Virus record (IMG/VR): IMGVR_UViG_3300045988_129198
From: a virus
Taxonomy: Duplodnaviria > Heunggongvirae > Uroviricota > Caudoviricetes
Strand: one strand, 5' to 3'
Length of the DNA: 32,670 nt
The translations under genes were made by a program, and so were the position numbers. The stretch's first letter is position 1; every line of letters starts with the position of its first letter. The notes beneath the pieces are model-generated. The model saw nothing but the letters and a program-made list of their open reading frames with translations, was not told the origin of the DNA and made no database searches. Below are positions 17,524-27,524 of the stretch, piece by piece.

Positions 17524-17803
17524 TGAGTAACCTCGTGATGGTTTTCTCGCGCTGTGCTTCACGCTTCGCGGCGTTCTCCAGTTCCTGACGCAGTGCCACC
17601 TGCGCCAGCTCGTTTTTGTCTGCCCTGGTGATGGCAACATGAAGCTGATTTTTCAGCATGGTGATGGTCGTCTGCTGTTCACTGGCGACGTTATTCGCCC
17701 TGTCCAGCGAGGCGCGCAGGCTGGCATTTTTGTGTTTCACCAGAAACAGACCGGCCACCGCCAGCGATAACAACACGACCAGCACAATCATCAGCTTTGA
17801 CAT
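17378..17803 (-). CDS. lysB: Inner-membrane spanin LysB (Rz-like)
   Basis: 141 aa with an N-terminal TM segment and a coiled-coil-like remainder; P2 lysB size and position. Confidence 0.85.
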   Translation of the reverse strand: MSKLMIVLVVLLSLAVAGLFLVKHKNASLRASLDRANNVASEQQTTITMLKNQLHVAITRADKNELAQVALRQELENAAKREAQREKTITRLLNENEDFRRWYGADLPDAVRRLHQRPACADASDCPQRLPESESLPDAGQ

Positions 17804-18216
17804 AGTTCCCGCCCCTCAAGACGCTGACGACAGGCTTTACGTATCAGCCGGAAAAACAGCGACGCCACAAGATAAATCAGCGCGGTAAAAATCCACCCGG
17901 CAGCGACCAGCGAGATAAACGTCGCCACCATCACCACCAGAGCCGCCGCCCGTCTGCGCCACGGCACCGACTGCAAAAACAGCGACGTGACAATCTTCAC
18001 GGCCAGCGATTCCGGCGGCAGCTCCCGCCCGTAGCGTTCCAGCACATACTCCGTGGCATACACGCCGACACCACCGGCAACCACACAGATAACCGTCGCC
18101 AGAATCGCCCAGGTGGCGACAAAACTGACGGCCACGCTCTGCGGGTAAATCAGGGACAGTGCCAGCATCAGCGCCAGCGACACGTTCAGCATCAGTGAAA
18201 GGGATAATTTCTTCAT
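17791..18216 (-). CDS. lysA: Lysis accessory membrane protein LysA
   Basis: 141 aa, multiple TM segments; P2 lysA size and position. Confidence 0.85.
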   Translation of the reverse strand: MKKLSLSLMLNVSLALMLALSLIYPQSVAVSFVATWAILATVICVVAGGVGVYATEYVLERYGRELPPESLAVKIVTSLFLQSVPWRRRAAALVVMVATFISLVAAGWIFTALIYLVASLFFRLIRKACRQRLEGRELCQS

Positions 18217-18230
18217 GGTGTTTACTCCGT

Positions 18231-18728
18231 TTAAGCCGGTACGCCGCCGGCGGTACGCCAGACGGTGACCAGTTTTTCCAGTGAATGCTCACGCTGACCG
18301 TAACCGGCACCCGGCAGGGACGCCCAGATATTGCGACAGCGTGAAATGGCGCGCTCAATGCGTCCCGCCCGGATGTCATCCAGTGCACCGCGTTCGCGGA
18401 TCAACTGAATGGCGAGCCTGTCCTGTGACAACGGACTGAAATCCGGCAGGGCAAGCTGTTTGCGGTAGTGCGGCCAGAACAGGTAAAGCTGCTGATAGCG
18501 ACCGGAGGCCGTGGATTTTTCACCGCGACGGTTAAACACCTTCGCCGGTCGGCCATGCGCGAACGGGTGGTCACTGTAGTCGGTGAAAATTTCCGGCTTT
18601 CCGTCCAGTCCGGTGACTATCACGTCATAGCCCCGGTTTTTCGTCAGCGGATGATTCGCCGTCCCTTCGGACACGGCCAGCATGTCGAGAAAGGCGGCGA
18701 TATTCTGATGCGTGTTAATTACCGGCAT
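18231..18728 (-). CDS. K: Endolysin gpK (lysozyme family)
   Basis: 165 aa; P2 gpK size and position within the lysis cassette. Confidence 0.9.
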   Translation of the reverse strand: MPVINTHQNIAAFLDMLAVSEGTANHPLTKNRGYDVIVTGLDGKPEIFTDYSDHPFAHGRPAKVFNRRGEKSTASGRYQQLYLFWPHYRKQLALPDFSPLSQDRLAIQLIRERGALDDIRAGRIERAISRCRNIWASLPGAGYGQREHSLEKLVTVWRTAGGVPA

Positions 18729-19009
18729 TACGGTTTCCCCCTGCCCTTAAAACGGCGCTGAATGGCAATCTCAATCACCTGATAACCGGCGATACCCAGC
18801 ATGGAGCCGATGCCGCACACCGCAGGCAGTGACAGGTCAGGAAACTGCACCAGAACAACACCGGCAACCATCGAGACAAAACCACCGAGCAACATGCGCC
18901 CGATAAACAGACGCGGGGTGATAGGTTCACCACCGGCAAGCACCTTGCCGACAACAATCAGCACCCCAATCATGAAAAGCGACAGGACGCTTTTTTCTTC
19001 TGCTGTCAT
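18728..19009 (-). CDS. Y: Holin gpY
   Basis: 93 aa with hydrophobic TM segments; P2 gpY size and position. Confidence 0.9.
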   Translation of the reverse strand: MTAEEKSVLSLFMIGVLIVVGKVLAGGEPITPRLFIGRMLLGGFVSMVAGVVLVQFPDLSLPAVCGIGSMLGIAGYQVIEIAIQRRFKGRGKP

Positions 19010-19012
19010 GCG

Positions 19013-19216
19013 TTACTCCCACAGATTGACAGTTTCAGCCACGGGCGCGGTCTGAACGTCGGGCAGTTCGACGGCGGTGCCGTGTGGCAGCACCGCCCCC
19101 AGTTCAGCCAGTCCCGGATTTGCGGCGAGCACGGCCTCGACCACGCCCTCAGTGCGCCCGTAATAGCGGACACAAATGGCGTCGAGCGTGTCGCCCTGTA
19201 GCGCAAAGGTCTTCAT
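19013..19216 (-). CDS. X: Tail protein gpX
   Basis: 67 aa from the ATG at 19214-19216 (MKTFALQGDTLDAICVRYYG...); P2 gpX size and sequence as recalled. Confidence 0.85.
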   Translation of the reverse strand: MKTFALQGDTLDAICVRYYGRTEGVVEAVLAANPGLAELGAVLPHGTAVELPDVQTAPVAETVNLWE

Positions 19217-19725
19217 CAGATTTGACTCACGATGCAGCGCGGCTTGCCCTGGATGCGCGCCACCGCCCAGCGCATATCCCGCCACAGCTCATCAATGGTG
19301 CTGTCAATGCTGTCAGCCTTCTTGTCGCCTTTCGCACTGGCATCCACGCCGCGATAACGCTCATAAAGCGATGCGGTCGCCATCGCACACACGGCGCGCT
19401 CGTAGTAAAAAACTTTGATGCTTTCACCGTCGATGTCGTCCGCCGGAACGTCCGCCAGACACGTAAAACCGGCGGCAATTTTCTGTTCGCGGTATTCGTA
19501 CAGCTCCGCATTCGTCTCCGCCATGCCTGACTTGATGGCCTCACGCAGACGGGCGGGGGCGACGGTCTGCTCAAGGCGCATACGTTCCCGGACGCGCTTC
19601 GGGTCGATATCGGGAAAAAAGAACGTGTTTTTAATCACCGGCTCGTCGCCTGCCGGTTGCGGGATGACCACCGTCCCCTCACCGGACACGGGAGCCTCCT
19701 TTCGCGGAATAATCAGCGTCATCAT
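19216..19725 (-). CDS. L: Head completion protein gpL
   Basis: 169 aa from MMTLIIPRKEAP...; the track ORF extends to an upstream GTG. Confidence 0.9.
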   Translation of the reverse strand: MMTLIIPRKEAPVSGEGTVVIPQPAGDEPVIKNTFFFPDIDPKRVRERMRLEQTVAPARLREAIKSGMAETNAELYEYREQKIAAGFTCLADVPADDIDGESIKVFYYERAVCAMATASLYERYRGVDASAKGDKKADSIDSTIDELWRDMRWAVARIQGKPRCIVSQI

Positions 19726-19824
19726 GACTACCTCTGAAAAGTCGGGCGGTGGACGCCGGTGCAGTGTCAGGTGATTCACCCTCACTGACCGGCGTGCCGC
19801 CCTGGCGCGGGGCGCATTCGGTTG

Positions 19825-20568
19825 TTAACTGGCTTTCTTTTTCGGGCGTCCACGTTTTGCCGGTGTCACGCTCCGGGTCTTACGCGGGACACGGGTGGCC
19901 GCTTTGGGCTGCGGCTCCGGCTTCGGTTTCAGCTCCCGCTCCAATCGTTCAATCTCTTTTTTGACGCCTGCCTGACAGTCGAGCTGTGTCGCACGTTGCA
20001 GGTGAGCCAGCGCACCGGCGGCATCACCAGCGTCACGCAGAAACAGACCGGTGATTTTGTGCAGCTTTGCGCGCACTTCATCAGGCATGTCAGCCGTGGC
20101 GGTCAGTTCAAGGGTCTCCGTCAGCAGGCGGATATCCACAGATTCACCGGCAGCGTGAGCGCGCATGGCCGCGAGTGCGACCTCCTCGGTGAACATGTAC
20201 GGCGGGGTGCGGCGGTGTTTACCCGGCATGGTCAGACCGTACTTCAGGGCATAACGGGCAATCTCCAGCGCACCGGCAATATCGCCGGTATCCAGACGCC
20301 ACAGCATGACCGTCATCAGAATGTCATCCTGTGCACCTTTGCCCTGCTCCAGCACACCGTTCACCCACGGCAACCAGAACGGCAGCAGTTCGCGCTTTTT
20401 CGCGGCCTTAAGCTCTTTTGAATAAATCGCTTTCAGTGTGCGCTGGTCTGCGGCCAGCTTGACCAGCATCTGCTCATAGACAGTTGCATGTCGCAGCGGG
20501 GCGGCTTCCCGCTGCGCGGTCATCGCTGCCGAGACCCGCATCATGTGGCGCTGTGCGGGACTCGTCAT
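19825..20568 (-). CDS. M: Terminase small (endonuclease) subunit gpM
   Basis: 247 aa; P2 gpM size and position. Confidence 0.9.
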   Translation of the reverse strand: MTSPAQRHMMRVSAAMTAQREAAPLRHATVYEQMLVKLAADQRTLKAIYSKELKAAKKRELLPFWLPWVNGVLEQGKGAQDDILMTVMLWRLDTGDIAGALEIARYALKYGLTMPGKHRRTPPYMFTEEVALAAMRAHAAGESVDIRLLTETLELTATADMPDEVRAKLHKITGLFLRDAGDAAGALAHLQRATQLDCQAGVKKEIERLERELKPKPEPQPKAATRVPRKTRSVTPAKRGRPKKKAS

Positions 20569-20571
20569 CGG

Positions 20572-21645
20572 TTACGCTCCCGGCTCTGCGGTCGCCTTAG
20601 CCGGTGTGGAGAAATCACCGACCTTGATTTTTTCCACCAGACAACCGGCGGCGTAGTCTTCCACCACGTAATCAATGTTCATTGACTCGTAGTTCTCCAC
20701 GCGGTCGAGTTTCGGGTTTTCCACAATCACGCGGCGATGGCTGTCATCCATGTAGTAGATGGACAGGTTTTCCAGCTTCGTGATGAGCATCGCATCCGCC
20801 GGGAAGTACGGGACGCGTACCGCTGGCAGGTTACCGATGCGTTTCTGGCTGATGATGACGTCAGCAGCCAGCATTTCGCTGTTATCCTGCTCCCTGTTGA
20901 CGATGGGGAAATACTTGTCCGCCAGTAGCTGACGCCCCACAATCACCACAAGGTCAGGGTCTTCCTGATACCACGGCTCAATCAGGTTGTTGGTCGCATC
21001 CATCACCAGTGCATCGAGGCTGGCATAATCACCGCCCTTACCCACGCGGATGACCTCAGAGGTGGTGCGGCCTTCCTCGTCAGTGACCTTGCTCATCACG
21101 CGAGCCGGGGCTTCATTGCGGTATTTCTGCAGCCAGCCGACCGCCACATCCTGCAGCATCGGATTGCTGCTGCGGTCAGAGGTTTCGGCACGCTTCACGC
21201 CGTTAAAACCGGCCATGATGAAATCAAGGGACTGACGTTTGATAATGGCGTTACGGACACGGAGCTGGAAATCCTGATAACGCGCCCACAGGTCAAGCGT
21301 TTTGTAGCGGATATAAAAATCGAAGTTAATCTGGTCGCATTCGTACTTGTTTGACGCCAGCTTCGAGAAGTCCTTCGGCTGACGCTCGGTGCCACCGGCA
21401 GTGTCGGTGGTGCTGGCGATGGAGCCGGTGACACCGATACCAATTTTTTCCCCTTTCATTTCGCTGACCGGCACAATGTTGATGCGGGTCAGAAAGTCAG
21501 AGGACTCCTGCATGGTGTTCATCAGGGTCTGGGTGACCGAAGGTTCAACGGTGAATTTTTTCGACACATCACCGGCGTCAATGCCGTTCAGTTCGGCAAC
21601 ACGGGACAGGTAGGCATTAAATTTAAAGCGGGTTTCCTGGCGCAT
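20572..21645 (-). CDS. N: Major capsid protein gpN
   Basis: 357 aa; P2 gpN size and position. Confidence 0.9.
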   Translation of the reverse strand: MRQETRFKFNAYLSRVAELNGIDAGDVSKKFTVEPSVTQTLMNTMQESSDFLTRINIVPVSEMKGEKIGIGVTGSIASTTDTAGGTERQPKDFSKLASNKYECDQINFDFYIRYKTLDLWARYQDFQLRVRNAIIKRQSLDFIMAGFNGVKRAETSDRSSNPMLQDVAVGWLQKYRNEAPARVMSKVTDEEGRTTSEVIRVGKGGDYASLDALVMDATNNLIEPWYQEDPDLVVIVGRQLLADKYFPIVNREQDNSEMLAADVIISQKRIGNLPAVRVPYFPADAMLITKLENLSIYYMDDSHRRVIVENPKLDRVENYESMNIDYVVEDYAAGCLVEKIKVGDFSTPAKATAEPGA

Positions 21646-21703
21646 AGTTTTTCCTGAAATTAAGGGTTAATCGTGAAGGTTTTCCCGGACTGGCTGACGC
21701 CGG

Positions 21704-22558
21704 TCAGCAGTTCGTCATCAGGGCGTCACCGCCACCACCGGTGGCCTTGCTGCGGCGCTGCTGGGTCAGACTTTCGGTGTGGTCGAGACTGTTTTTCAGG
21801 CGGGTGAATGCCTGGCTGGTTTCATCCGCTCTGTCAGTCACCTCCTGCTTAAGTGCGGAAAAGGCGGTTTCCATCTCAGCGAGGCGCTGCTCAGTGGCAC
21901 TCAGTTTTTCCTGCACATGTTCAGCAACAGCGGTCACCGCTTCATGCACGTCATTCAGACGGGCGTCATCGCTGGCCTGTTTGCGGCCAAAAATGGATTT
22001 CACCTTTTCGGTCAGGGCGGTGAACACGGTTTCAGGCAGGTCTTCAAACTCCAGCTCAACAGGCGTTGCCACTGAAATCAGGTTTTCAGGGCTTAATTTG
22101 AAGCGGTTCAGGGGGTTATGTTTTGCCGTGCGGCAGAATTCCAGGTATTCCGTGCCGAGGCTTGCCGGGTCATCGGTGACGGCCAGCCCCACCAGATAAC
22201 ATTTGCCGGTGTTGGCAAAGTTCGGCTGAATTTCCATTGAGGTATAGACCTTCTGCGCGGCCTTGTTCATCGCGATAAGGTCATCGGTCGGGGTGATTTT
22301 CGCAAACAGCGCCCATTTGCCTTTCAGCGCCGAATCATCGTCAATCTTTTCGGCCTTCAGTTCGGCCACATCGCCATAACGCTTAAAAATACCGTCAGGC
22401 AGGATGCCGCGCAGATGTTCCAGGTTAATGCGGCAACCATAGACACGCGGGTCAAAGGTTTCGGCCATTTCCTGAATATCCTGCGCACTGATGACACGCC
22501 CGTCACAGGTGTCACCCTCAACGCCGATACGAAAGAATTTTGAGACTTTTTTTGCCAT
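21704..22558 (-). CDS. O: Capsid scaffolding protein gpO
   Basis: 284 aa from MAKKVSKFFRIGVEGDTCDGR...; the track ORF extends upstream. Confidence 0.9.
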   Translation of the reverse strand: MAKKVSKFFRIGVEGDTCDGRVISAQDIQEMAETFDPRVYGCRINLEHLRGILPDGIFKRYGDVAELKAEKIDDDSALKGKWALFAKITPTDDLIAMNKAAQKVYTSMEIQPNFANTGKCYLVGLAVTDDPASLGTEYLEFCRTAKHNPLNRFKLSPENLISVATPVELEFEDLPETVFTALTEKVKSIFGRKQASDDARLNDVHEAVTAVAEHVQEKLSATEQRLAEMETAFSALKQEVTDRADETSQAFTRLKNSLDHTESLTQQRRSKATGGGGDALMTNC

Positions 22559-22731
22559 TGTCAGGAGTCCTGAATAGTGATTAGAGGAGTCACATGTCGG
22601 CATCAGTTTCCCGACGATGCGCATCCTCCGCCATCAGTCCCGGATGGCTTATCACTGACACAACAGCACCTTAGCGAATCGCGGGGCGCGACTCAGTAGC
22701 CTTGCCGTGTATTCATCACGGCGAGGTATTC
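22559..22731. promoter_or_regulatory. Divergent late-promoter region between O and P (expected Ogr-dependent)
   Basis: 173-bp intergenic region between divergently transcribed O and P, where P2 places its divergent late promoters; no exact TGT-N12-ACA match was found by eye. Confidence 0.4.
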
Positions 22732-24504
22732 ATGACCATCACCACAGACACCACTCTTTTACACGACCCGCGTCGTCAGGCGGCGCTGCTGTACTGGCAG
22801 GGGTTTTCCGTGCCGCAGATTGCCGCCATGTTGCAGATGAAACGCCCGACGGTGCAGAGCTGGAAACAGCGCGACGGCTGGGACAGCGTTGCCCCCATCA
22901 GCCGTGTCGAAATGAGTCTGGAAGCGCGGCTGACCCAGCTCATCATCAAACCGCAGAAAACCGGCGGTGACTTCAAGGAAATTGACCTGCTCGGACGCCA
23001 GATTGAACGACTGGCACGGGTAAACCGCTACAACCAGACCGGCAACGAGGCAGACCTTAATCCGAACATCGCTAACCGCAACAAAGGCGGGCGGCGCAAA
23101 CCGAAAAAGAATTTTTTCAGCGACGAGGCTATCGAAAAGCTGGAGCAGATTTTCTTTGAGCAGTCTTTCGAATATCAGTTGCACTGGTATCGCGCCGGGC
23201 TTGAGCACCGCATCCGCGATATCCTGAAATCCCGCCAGATTGGCGCGACGTTTTATTTTTCCCGCGAGGCGCTGCTGCGCGCCCTGAAAACCGGTCATAA
23301 CCAGATTTTTCTGTCGGCCAGTAAAACGCAGGCGTATGTGTTCCGCGAATACATCATCGCTTTTGCCCGGCTGGTTGACGTTGACCTGACCGGTGACCCG
23401 ATTGTCCTGGGCAATAACGGCGCAAAACTGATTTTTCTCGGCACCAACTCCAACACCGCACAGAGCCATAACGGCGACCTGTACGTCGACGAGATTTTCT
23501 GGATCCCGAATTTTCAGGTACTGCGTAAGGTGGCATCAGGTATGGCCTCACAGAGTCACCTGCGCTCGACCTATTTCTCCACCCCGTCCACGCTGGCGCA
23601 CGACGCCTACCCGTTCTGGTCGGGTGAACTGTTCAACCGGGGACGCGCCAGCGCCGCCGAACGCGTGGAAATCGACGTCAGTCATAACGCCCTTGCCGGA
23701 GGTCTTCTCTGTGCGGACGGCCAGTGGCGGCAGATTGTCACCATTGAGGATGCCCTGAAAGGCGGCTGCACGCTGTTCGACATTGAGCAGCTCAAACGTG
23801 AAAACAGCGCCGACGATTTTAAAAACCTGTTCATGTGTGAATTTGTTGACGACAAGGCATCGGTGTTCCCGTTCGAGGAGCTGCAACGCTGCATGGTCGA
23901 CACGCTGGAAGAATGGGAAGACTATGCGCCGTTTGCCGCGAATCCGTTCGGCTCCCGCCCGGTATGGATTGGTTACGACCCGTCACACCGTGGCGACAGC
24001 GCCGGATGCGTTGTACTGGCACCGCCGGTGGTGGCCGGTGGCAAATTCAGGATCCTTGAGCGTCACCAGTGGAAAGGCATGGACTTTGCCACTCAGGCTG
24101 AATCCATCCGCAAACTCACCGAAAAATACAACGTCGAATACATCGGAATTGATGCCACCGGCCTCGGTGTCGGCGTGTTCCAGCTCGTTCGCTCGTTCTA
24201 TCCCGCCGCGCGCGATATCCGCTACACGCCGGAAATGAAAACCGCAATGGTGCTCAAGGCAAAAGACGTTATCCGTCGTGGCTGTCTGGAATATGACGTC
24301 AGCGCCACCGACATCACCAGCTCGTTTATGGCTATCCGCAAGACCATGACCAGCAGCGGACGCAGCGCCACCTATGAGGCCAGCCGCAGCGAGGAAGCCA
24401 GCCACGCCGACCTCGCCTGGGCGACCATGCACGCCCTGTTAAATGAGCCACTCACCGCCGGTATCAGCACCCCGCTGACATCCACCATTCTGGAGTTTTA
24501 CTGA
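22732..24504 (+). CDS. P: Terminase large (ATPase) subunit gpP
   Basis: 590 aa from the ATG at 22732 (MTITTDTTLLHDPRRQAALLYWQGF...), GAGG RBS 5 nt upstream. Confidence 0.9.
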   Translation: MTITTDTTLLHDPRRQAALLYWQGFSVPQIAAMLQMKRPTVQSWKQRDGWDSVAPISRVEMSLEARLTQLIIKPQKTGGDFKEIDLLGRQIERLARVNRYNQTGNEADLNPNIANRNKGGRRKPKKNFFSDEAIEKLEQIFFEQSFEYQLHWYRAGLEHRIRDILKSRQIGATFYFSREALLRALKTGHNQIFLSASKTQAYVFREYIIAFARLVDVDLTGDPIVLGNNGAKLIFLGTNSNTAQSHNGDLYVDEIFWIPNFQVLRKVASGMASQSHLRSTYFSTPSTLAHDAYPFWSGELFNRGRASAAERVEIDVSHNALAGGLLCADGQWRQIVTIEDALKGGCTLFDIEQLKRENSADDFKNLFMCEFVDDKASVFPFEELQRCMVDTLEEWEDYAPFAANPFGSRPVWIGYDPSHRGDSAGCVVLAPPVVAGGKFRILERHQWKGMDFATQAESIRKLTEKYNVEYIGIDATGLGVGVFQLVRSFYPAARDIRYTPEMKTAMVLKAKDVIRRGCLEYDVSATDITSSFMAIRKTMTSSGRSATYEASRSEEASHADLAWATMHALLNEPLTAGISTPLTSTILEFY

Positions 24505-25538
24505 TGAGCAAGAAAGAAGGGAAAACACCGCAGCCAGCGGCAAAAACAATCACCGCCAGCGCCCCGAAAATGGAAGCATTCACCTTTGGCGAGCCGGTGC
24601 CGGTACTCGACCGCCGTGACATTCTGGATTACGTCGAATGCATCAGTAACGGCAGATGGTATGAGCCGCCGGTCAGCTTTACCGGTCTGGCAAAAAGCCT
24701 GCGTGCTGCCGTGCATCACAGCTCACCGATTTACGTCAAACGCAATATTCTGGCCTCAACATTTATCCCGCATCCGTGGCTTTCGCAACAGGATTTCAGC
24801 CGCTTTGTGCTGGATTTTCTGGTGTTCGGTAATGCGTTTCTGGAAAAGCGTTACAGCACCACCGGTAAGGTCATCAGACTGGAAACCTCACCGGCAAAAT
24901 ATACCCGCCGTGGTGTGGAAGAGGATGTTTACTGGTGGGTGCCGTCCTTCAACGAGCCGACACCTTTCACGCCCGGTTCCGTGTTTCACCTGCTGGAGCC
25001 GGATATTAATCAGGAGCTGTACGGCCTGCCGGAATACCTCAGCGCCCTTAACTCTGCCTGGCTGAATGAGTCGGCCACGCTGTTCCGCCGCAAGTATTAC
25101 GAAAACGGCGCACATGCCGGATACATCATGTACGTCACCGATGCCGTGCAGGATCGCAACGATATCGAAATGCTTCGCGAAAACATGGTGAAGTCGAAAG
25201 GCCGCAACAACTTTAAAAATCTGTTTCTCTATGCCCCACAAGGGAAAGCCGACGGCATTAAAATTATCCCGCTCAGTGAAGTGGCGACGAAGGACGATTT
25301 TTTTAATATCAAAAAAGCCAGTGCCGCAGACCTGCTGGACGCCCACCGCATCCCCTTTCAGTTGATGGGCGGCAAGCCGGAGAACGTCGGGTCGCTGGGT
25401 GATATTGAGAAAGTGGCAAAGGTCTTTGTCCGCAATGAGCTTATCCCGTTACAGGACAGGATCCGAGAGATAAACGGCTGGCTCGGTCAGGAGGTCATCC
25501 GCTTTAAAAACTACTCACTGGACACTGACAACGACTGA
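24504..25538 (+). CDS. Q: Portal protein gpQ
   Basis: 344 aa; P2 gpQ size; its start overlaps the P stop. Confidence 0.9.
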   Translation: MSKKEGKTPQPAAKTITASAPKMEAFTFGEPVPVLDRRDILDYVECISNGRWYEPPVSFTGLAKSLRAAVHHSSPIYVKRNILASTFIPHPWLSQQDFSRFVLDFLVFGNAFLEKRYSTTGKVIRLETSPAKYTRRGVEEDVYWWVPSFNEPTPFTPGSVFHLLEPDINQELYGLPEYLSALNSAWLNESATLFRRKYYENGAHAGYIMYVTDAVQDRNDIEMLRENMVKSKGRNNFKNLFLYAPQGKADGIKIIPLSEVATKDDFFNIKKASAADLLDAHRIPFQLMGGKPENVGSLGDIEKVAKVFVRNELIPLQDRIREINGWLGQEVIRFKNYSLDTDND

Positions 25539-25543
25539 ACATC

Positions 25544-25565
25544 GCCGCCTGCGGGCGGCTTTTTT
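25544..25565 (+). terminator. Intrinsic terminator after Q
   Basis: GCCGCC-TGCG-GGCGGC hairpin followed by T6 (25560-25565). Confidence 0.75.
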
Positions 25566-25707
25566 ACATCCCGTCATCACGCCCTCACACGCTCACCACC
25601 GCACAAAACACCCCTTAGACACACCAACGCCCCGACGCACAATCTAAACGCCATCACGACGCGCTCAGACGCTGAAAAAATAAAATCAGCACCACCGCCA
25701 GCGCGCA

Positions 25708-25726
25708 GTGCTTTCCCCGCCTCGCC
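25708..25726 (-). other. cos cohesive-end sequence (P2-type, 19 nt)
   Basis: Plus-strand GTGCTTTCCCCGCCTCGCC is the reverse complement of GGCGAGGCGGGGAAAGCAC, which I recall as the P2 cohesive end; the position between Q and the A-side genes is as expected. Confidence 0.6.
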
Positions 25727-25853
25727 CGCCCGCTTCATGGGGCGGTTTTGATGCGGAGACGCCCCTCCCTAAAATAGCATGACATCTGACCGCATCTAAA
25801 AAAAATAGAGGGTCTAATACAACGCATTTAAATGCAGCTAAAGATGCAAAGAC

Positions 25854-26477
25854 TCATACTAACTTGTCTATTGAAATTACAAGCTTTTCGATGAAGTTCT
25901 TAACTACTACCATATCATCACCAGTTATGGGCCAAGGCTCACGAGGTGTAATTGGTTGCATGTCACCTTCATGTGCTATCTTATTACGTCGATCAACAAT
26001 CGCATTCAGATTTAATCTCAGTGACTTAGATTCTAAATCGGCATTACTATTCGTAGCACCTTGATCTATTGCAACCTCTCTCCACAAGGAAATATTTGAA
26101 ATCAGCCTAATTCCATCAGCAATAGATTCACTGGTTTGATACGTTTGAATCCCAAGTTGTCGCCTAACTTCTAAGTCATAAATTTGGTCACGAGTCCAAG
26201 CGTTGTTAAAAATATTATTCATAACACTATGGGGCATTGTAAACTTATCGTATTTCTGCGTACTAGCCCTCCTTCCCTGAAAAATCTCAAGCATCCGCTG
26301 CGCGACAAGTTCATGAATATATAAATCTAAAGCAGAAACTCTAGCAACCCACTCAGCTCTCAGAATTTCTCGAGAATCAAATACACTCGAAAAATTAGTA
26401 GAAGTATAAGCATATGTCACAGATAACAAATCACATCTAATCCAAGCACGGTCAAATATCGATTTTGGCGTTGACAT
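25854..26477 (-). CDS. Hypothetical 207-aa protein with an R-x4-H motif (candidate HEPN-like RNase effector)
   Basis: C-proximal IVDRRNKIAHEGD contains R-N-x3-H; AT-rich; starts 4 nt after the upstream ParA-like gene's stop. Confidence 0.6.
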   Translation of the reverse strand: MSTPKSIFDRAWIRCDLLSVTYAYTSTNFSSVFDSREILRAEWVARVSALDLYIHELVAQRMLEIFQGRRASTQKYDKFTMPHSVMNNIFNNAWTRDQIYDLEVRRQLGIQTYQTSESIADGIRLISNISLWREVAIDQGATNSNADLESKSLRLNLNAIVDRRNKIAHEGDMQPITPREPWPITGDDMVVVKNFIEKLVISIDKLV

Positions 26478-26480
26478 ACT

Positions 26481-27524
26481 TCAATCTCTTGTCAGGGCGA
26501 TAACCCTTTCTGCACAAGTGTCAAATGCAGCAGAAAATACAGTCATATTTTTTTCCGTCTGATCCCAAACAGCGCCTTTCTGACCAGTCTGTTGGGCTGT
26601 CAGTGTGTAGACTGGAACTTGAAATTCCTGAGACATAGCAATCAGACTATTGAAATCAGAGACTTCCATTATTGGGTCAGAAGGAGGCATCCCTGCTTTT
26701 TGCTCAAACTCGACTACATCCAACATATCAAACTCAACAAGTTTCGGGATTAGCAAAGAAATTAAGTTATCTCGAAGTTCATCAATCCATTTTTGGAAGG
26801 CCGCAGATGCCTGACCATTGCGTGGTCTATACTTTTGGACGATAGAACCTATAAATTTCACGTTAGACTCAGGGAATGGATAGTTAGCATTCTGGAGCAA
26901 CTCCATTCGTGAAGCCATGTTTGCCCATTGTTTCCATCTTGGTAAAGTACGAGCGAGAGAAGAAAGGGCCATCGACGAGAAATAATCAGGATGAAGAGGT
27001 ACGATAAAATAATCTGATGTAGTTAAAATGTTTTGGTTCAATGGCCCCAGGCTCGGGCTCATATCAACAATCACATAATCTGCATTTACTTTTTCAGCAG
27101 TTAGGTCAAACAAATACCTGATAGAACCAGGAAGGTTTTTAAGTGGTAATAATGACCCCGTTAATTCTTGAGCTACACCTAATGTAGTTTCATACTCAGA
27201 AAGCCCAATATGGCCGGCAAGAAGATGCAAGTTTGCATTACCCTCGATATCAAACACTTCTGCAGGTTCAATCGCACTTGGTTTAGACTCAAAAGCAGGA
27301 GAAAGGGCGTCACGAATATTATTGGCTACTGGTTGATTATAAATCTGTTCTAAATCCGCAATGCCTCTAAATCCAAGAATCATTCCGGTAAGATTACATT
27401 GTGGATCACAATCAGCTAGCAAAACCTTATGACCTTTCTCAGCCAACTTCCAACCTAAGTTAAACGCAGTAGTAGTTTTACTTACTCCACCCTTATGATT
27501 AAACAAACAGATTACCTTCGCCAT
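26481..27524 (-). CDS. ParA/MinD-family P-loop ATPase
   Basis: Deviant Walker A KGGVSKTT near the N-terminus, DCDPQ A' motif and hydrophobic Walker B (YVIVDMSP); 347 aa; AT-rich. Confidence 0.8.
   Translation of the reverse strand: MAKVICLFNHKGGVSKTTTAFNLGWKLAEKGHKVLLADCDPQCNLTGMILGFRGIADLEQIYNQPVANNIRDALSPAFESKPSAIEPAEVFDIEGNANLHLLAGHIGLSEYETTLGVAQELTGSLLPLKNLPGSIRYLFDLTAEKVNADYVIVDMSPSLGPLNQNILTTSDYFIVPLHPDYFSSMALSSLARTLPRWKQWANMASRMELLQNANYPFPESNVKFIGSIVQKYRPRNGQASAAFQKWIDELRDNLISLLIPKLVEFDMLDVVEFEQKAGMPPSDPIMEVSDFNSLIAMSQEFQVPVYTLTAQQTGQKGAVWDQTEKNMTVFSAAFDTCAERVIALTRD

Noticed and set aside
19822-20421. 199-aa plus-strand ORF antisense to M
   Set aside because: Fully contained antisense within the small terminase gene; typical GC-rich shadow frame.
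22759-24432. Minus-strand ORFs (22759..23469, 23548..23886, 23983..24432) antisense to P
   Set aside because: Contained within the large terminase gene on the opposite strand; no RBS and non-protein-like composition.
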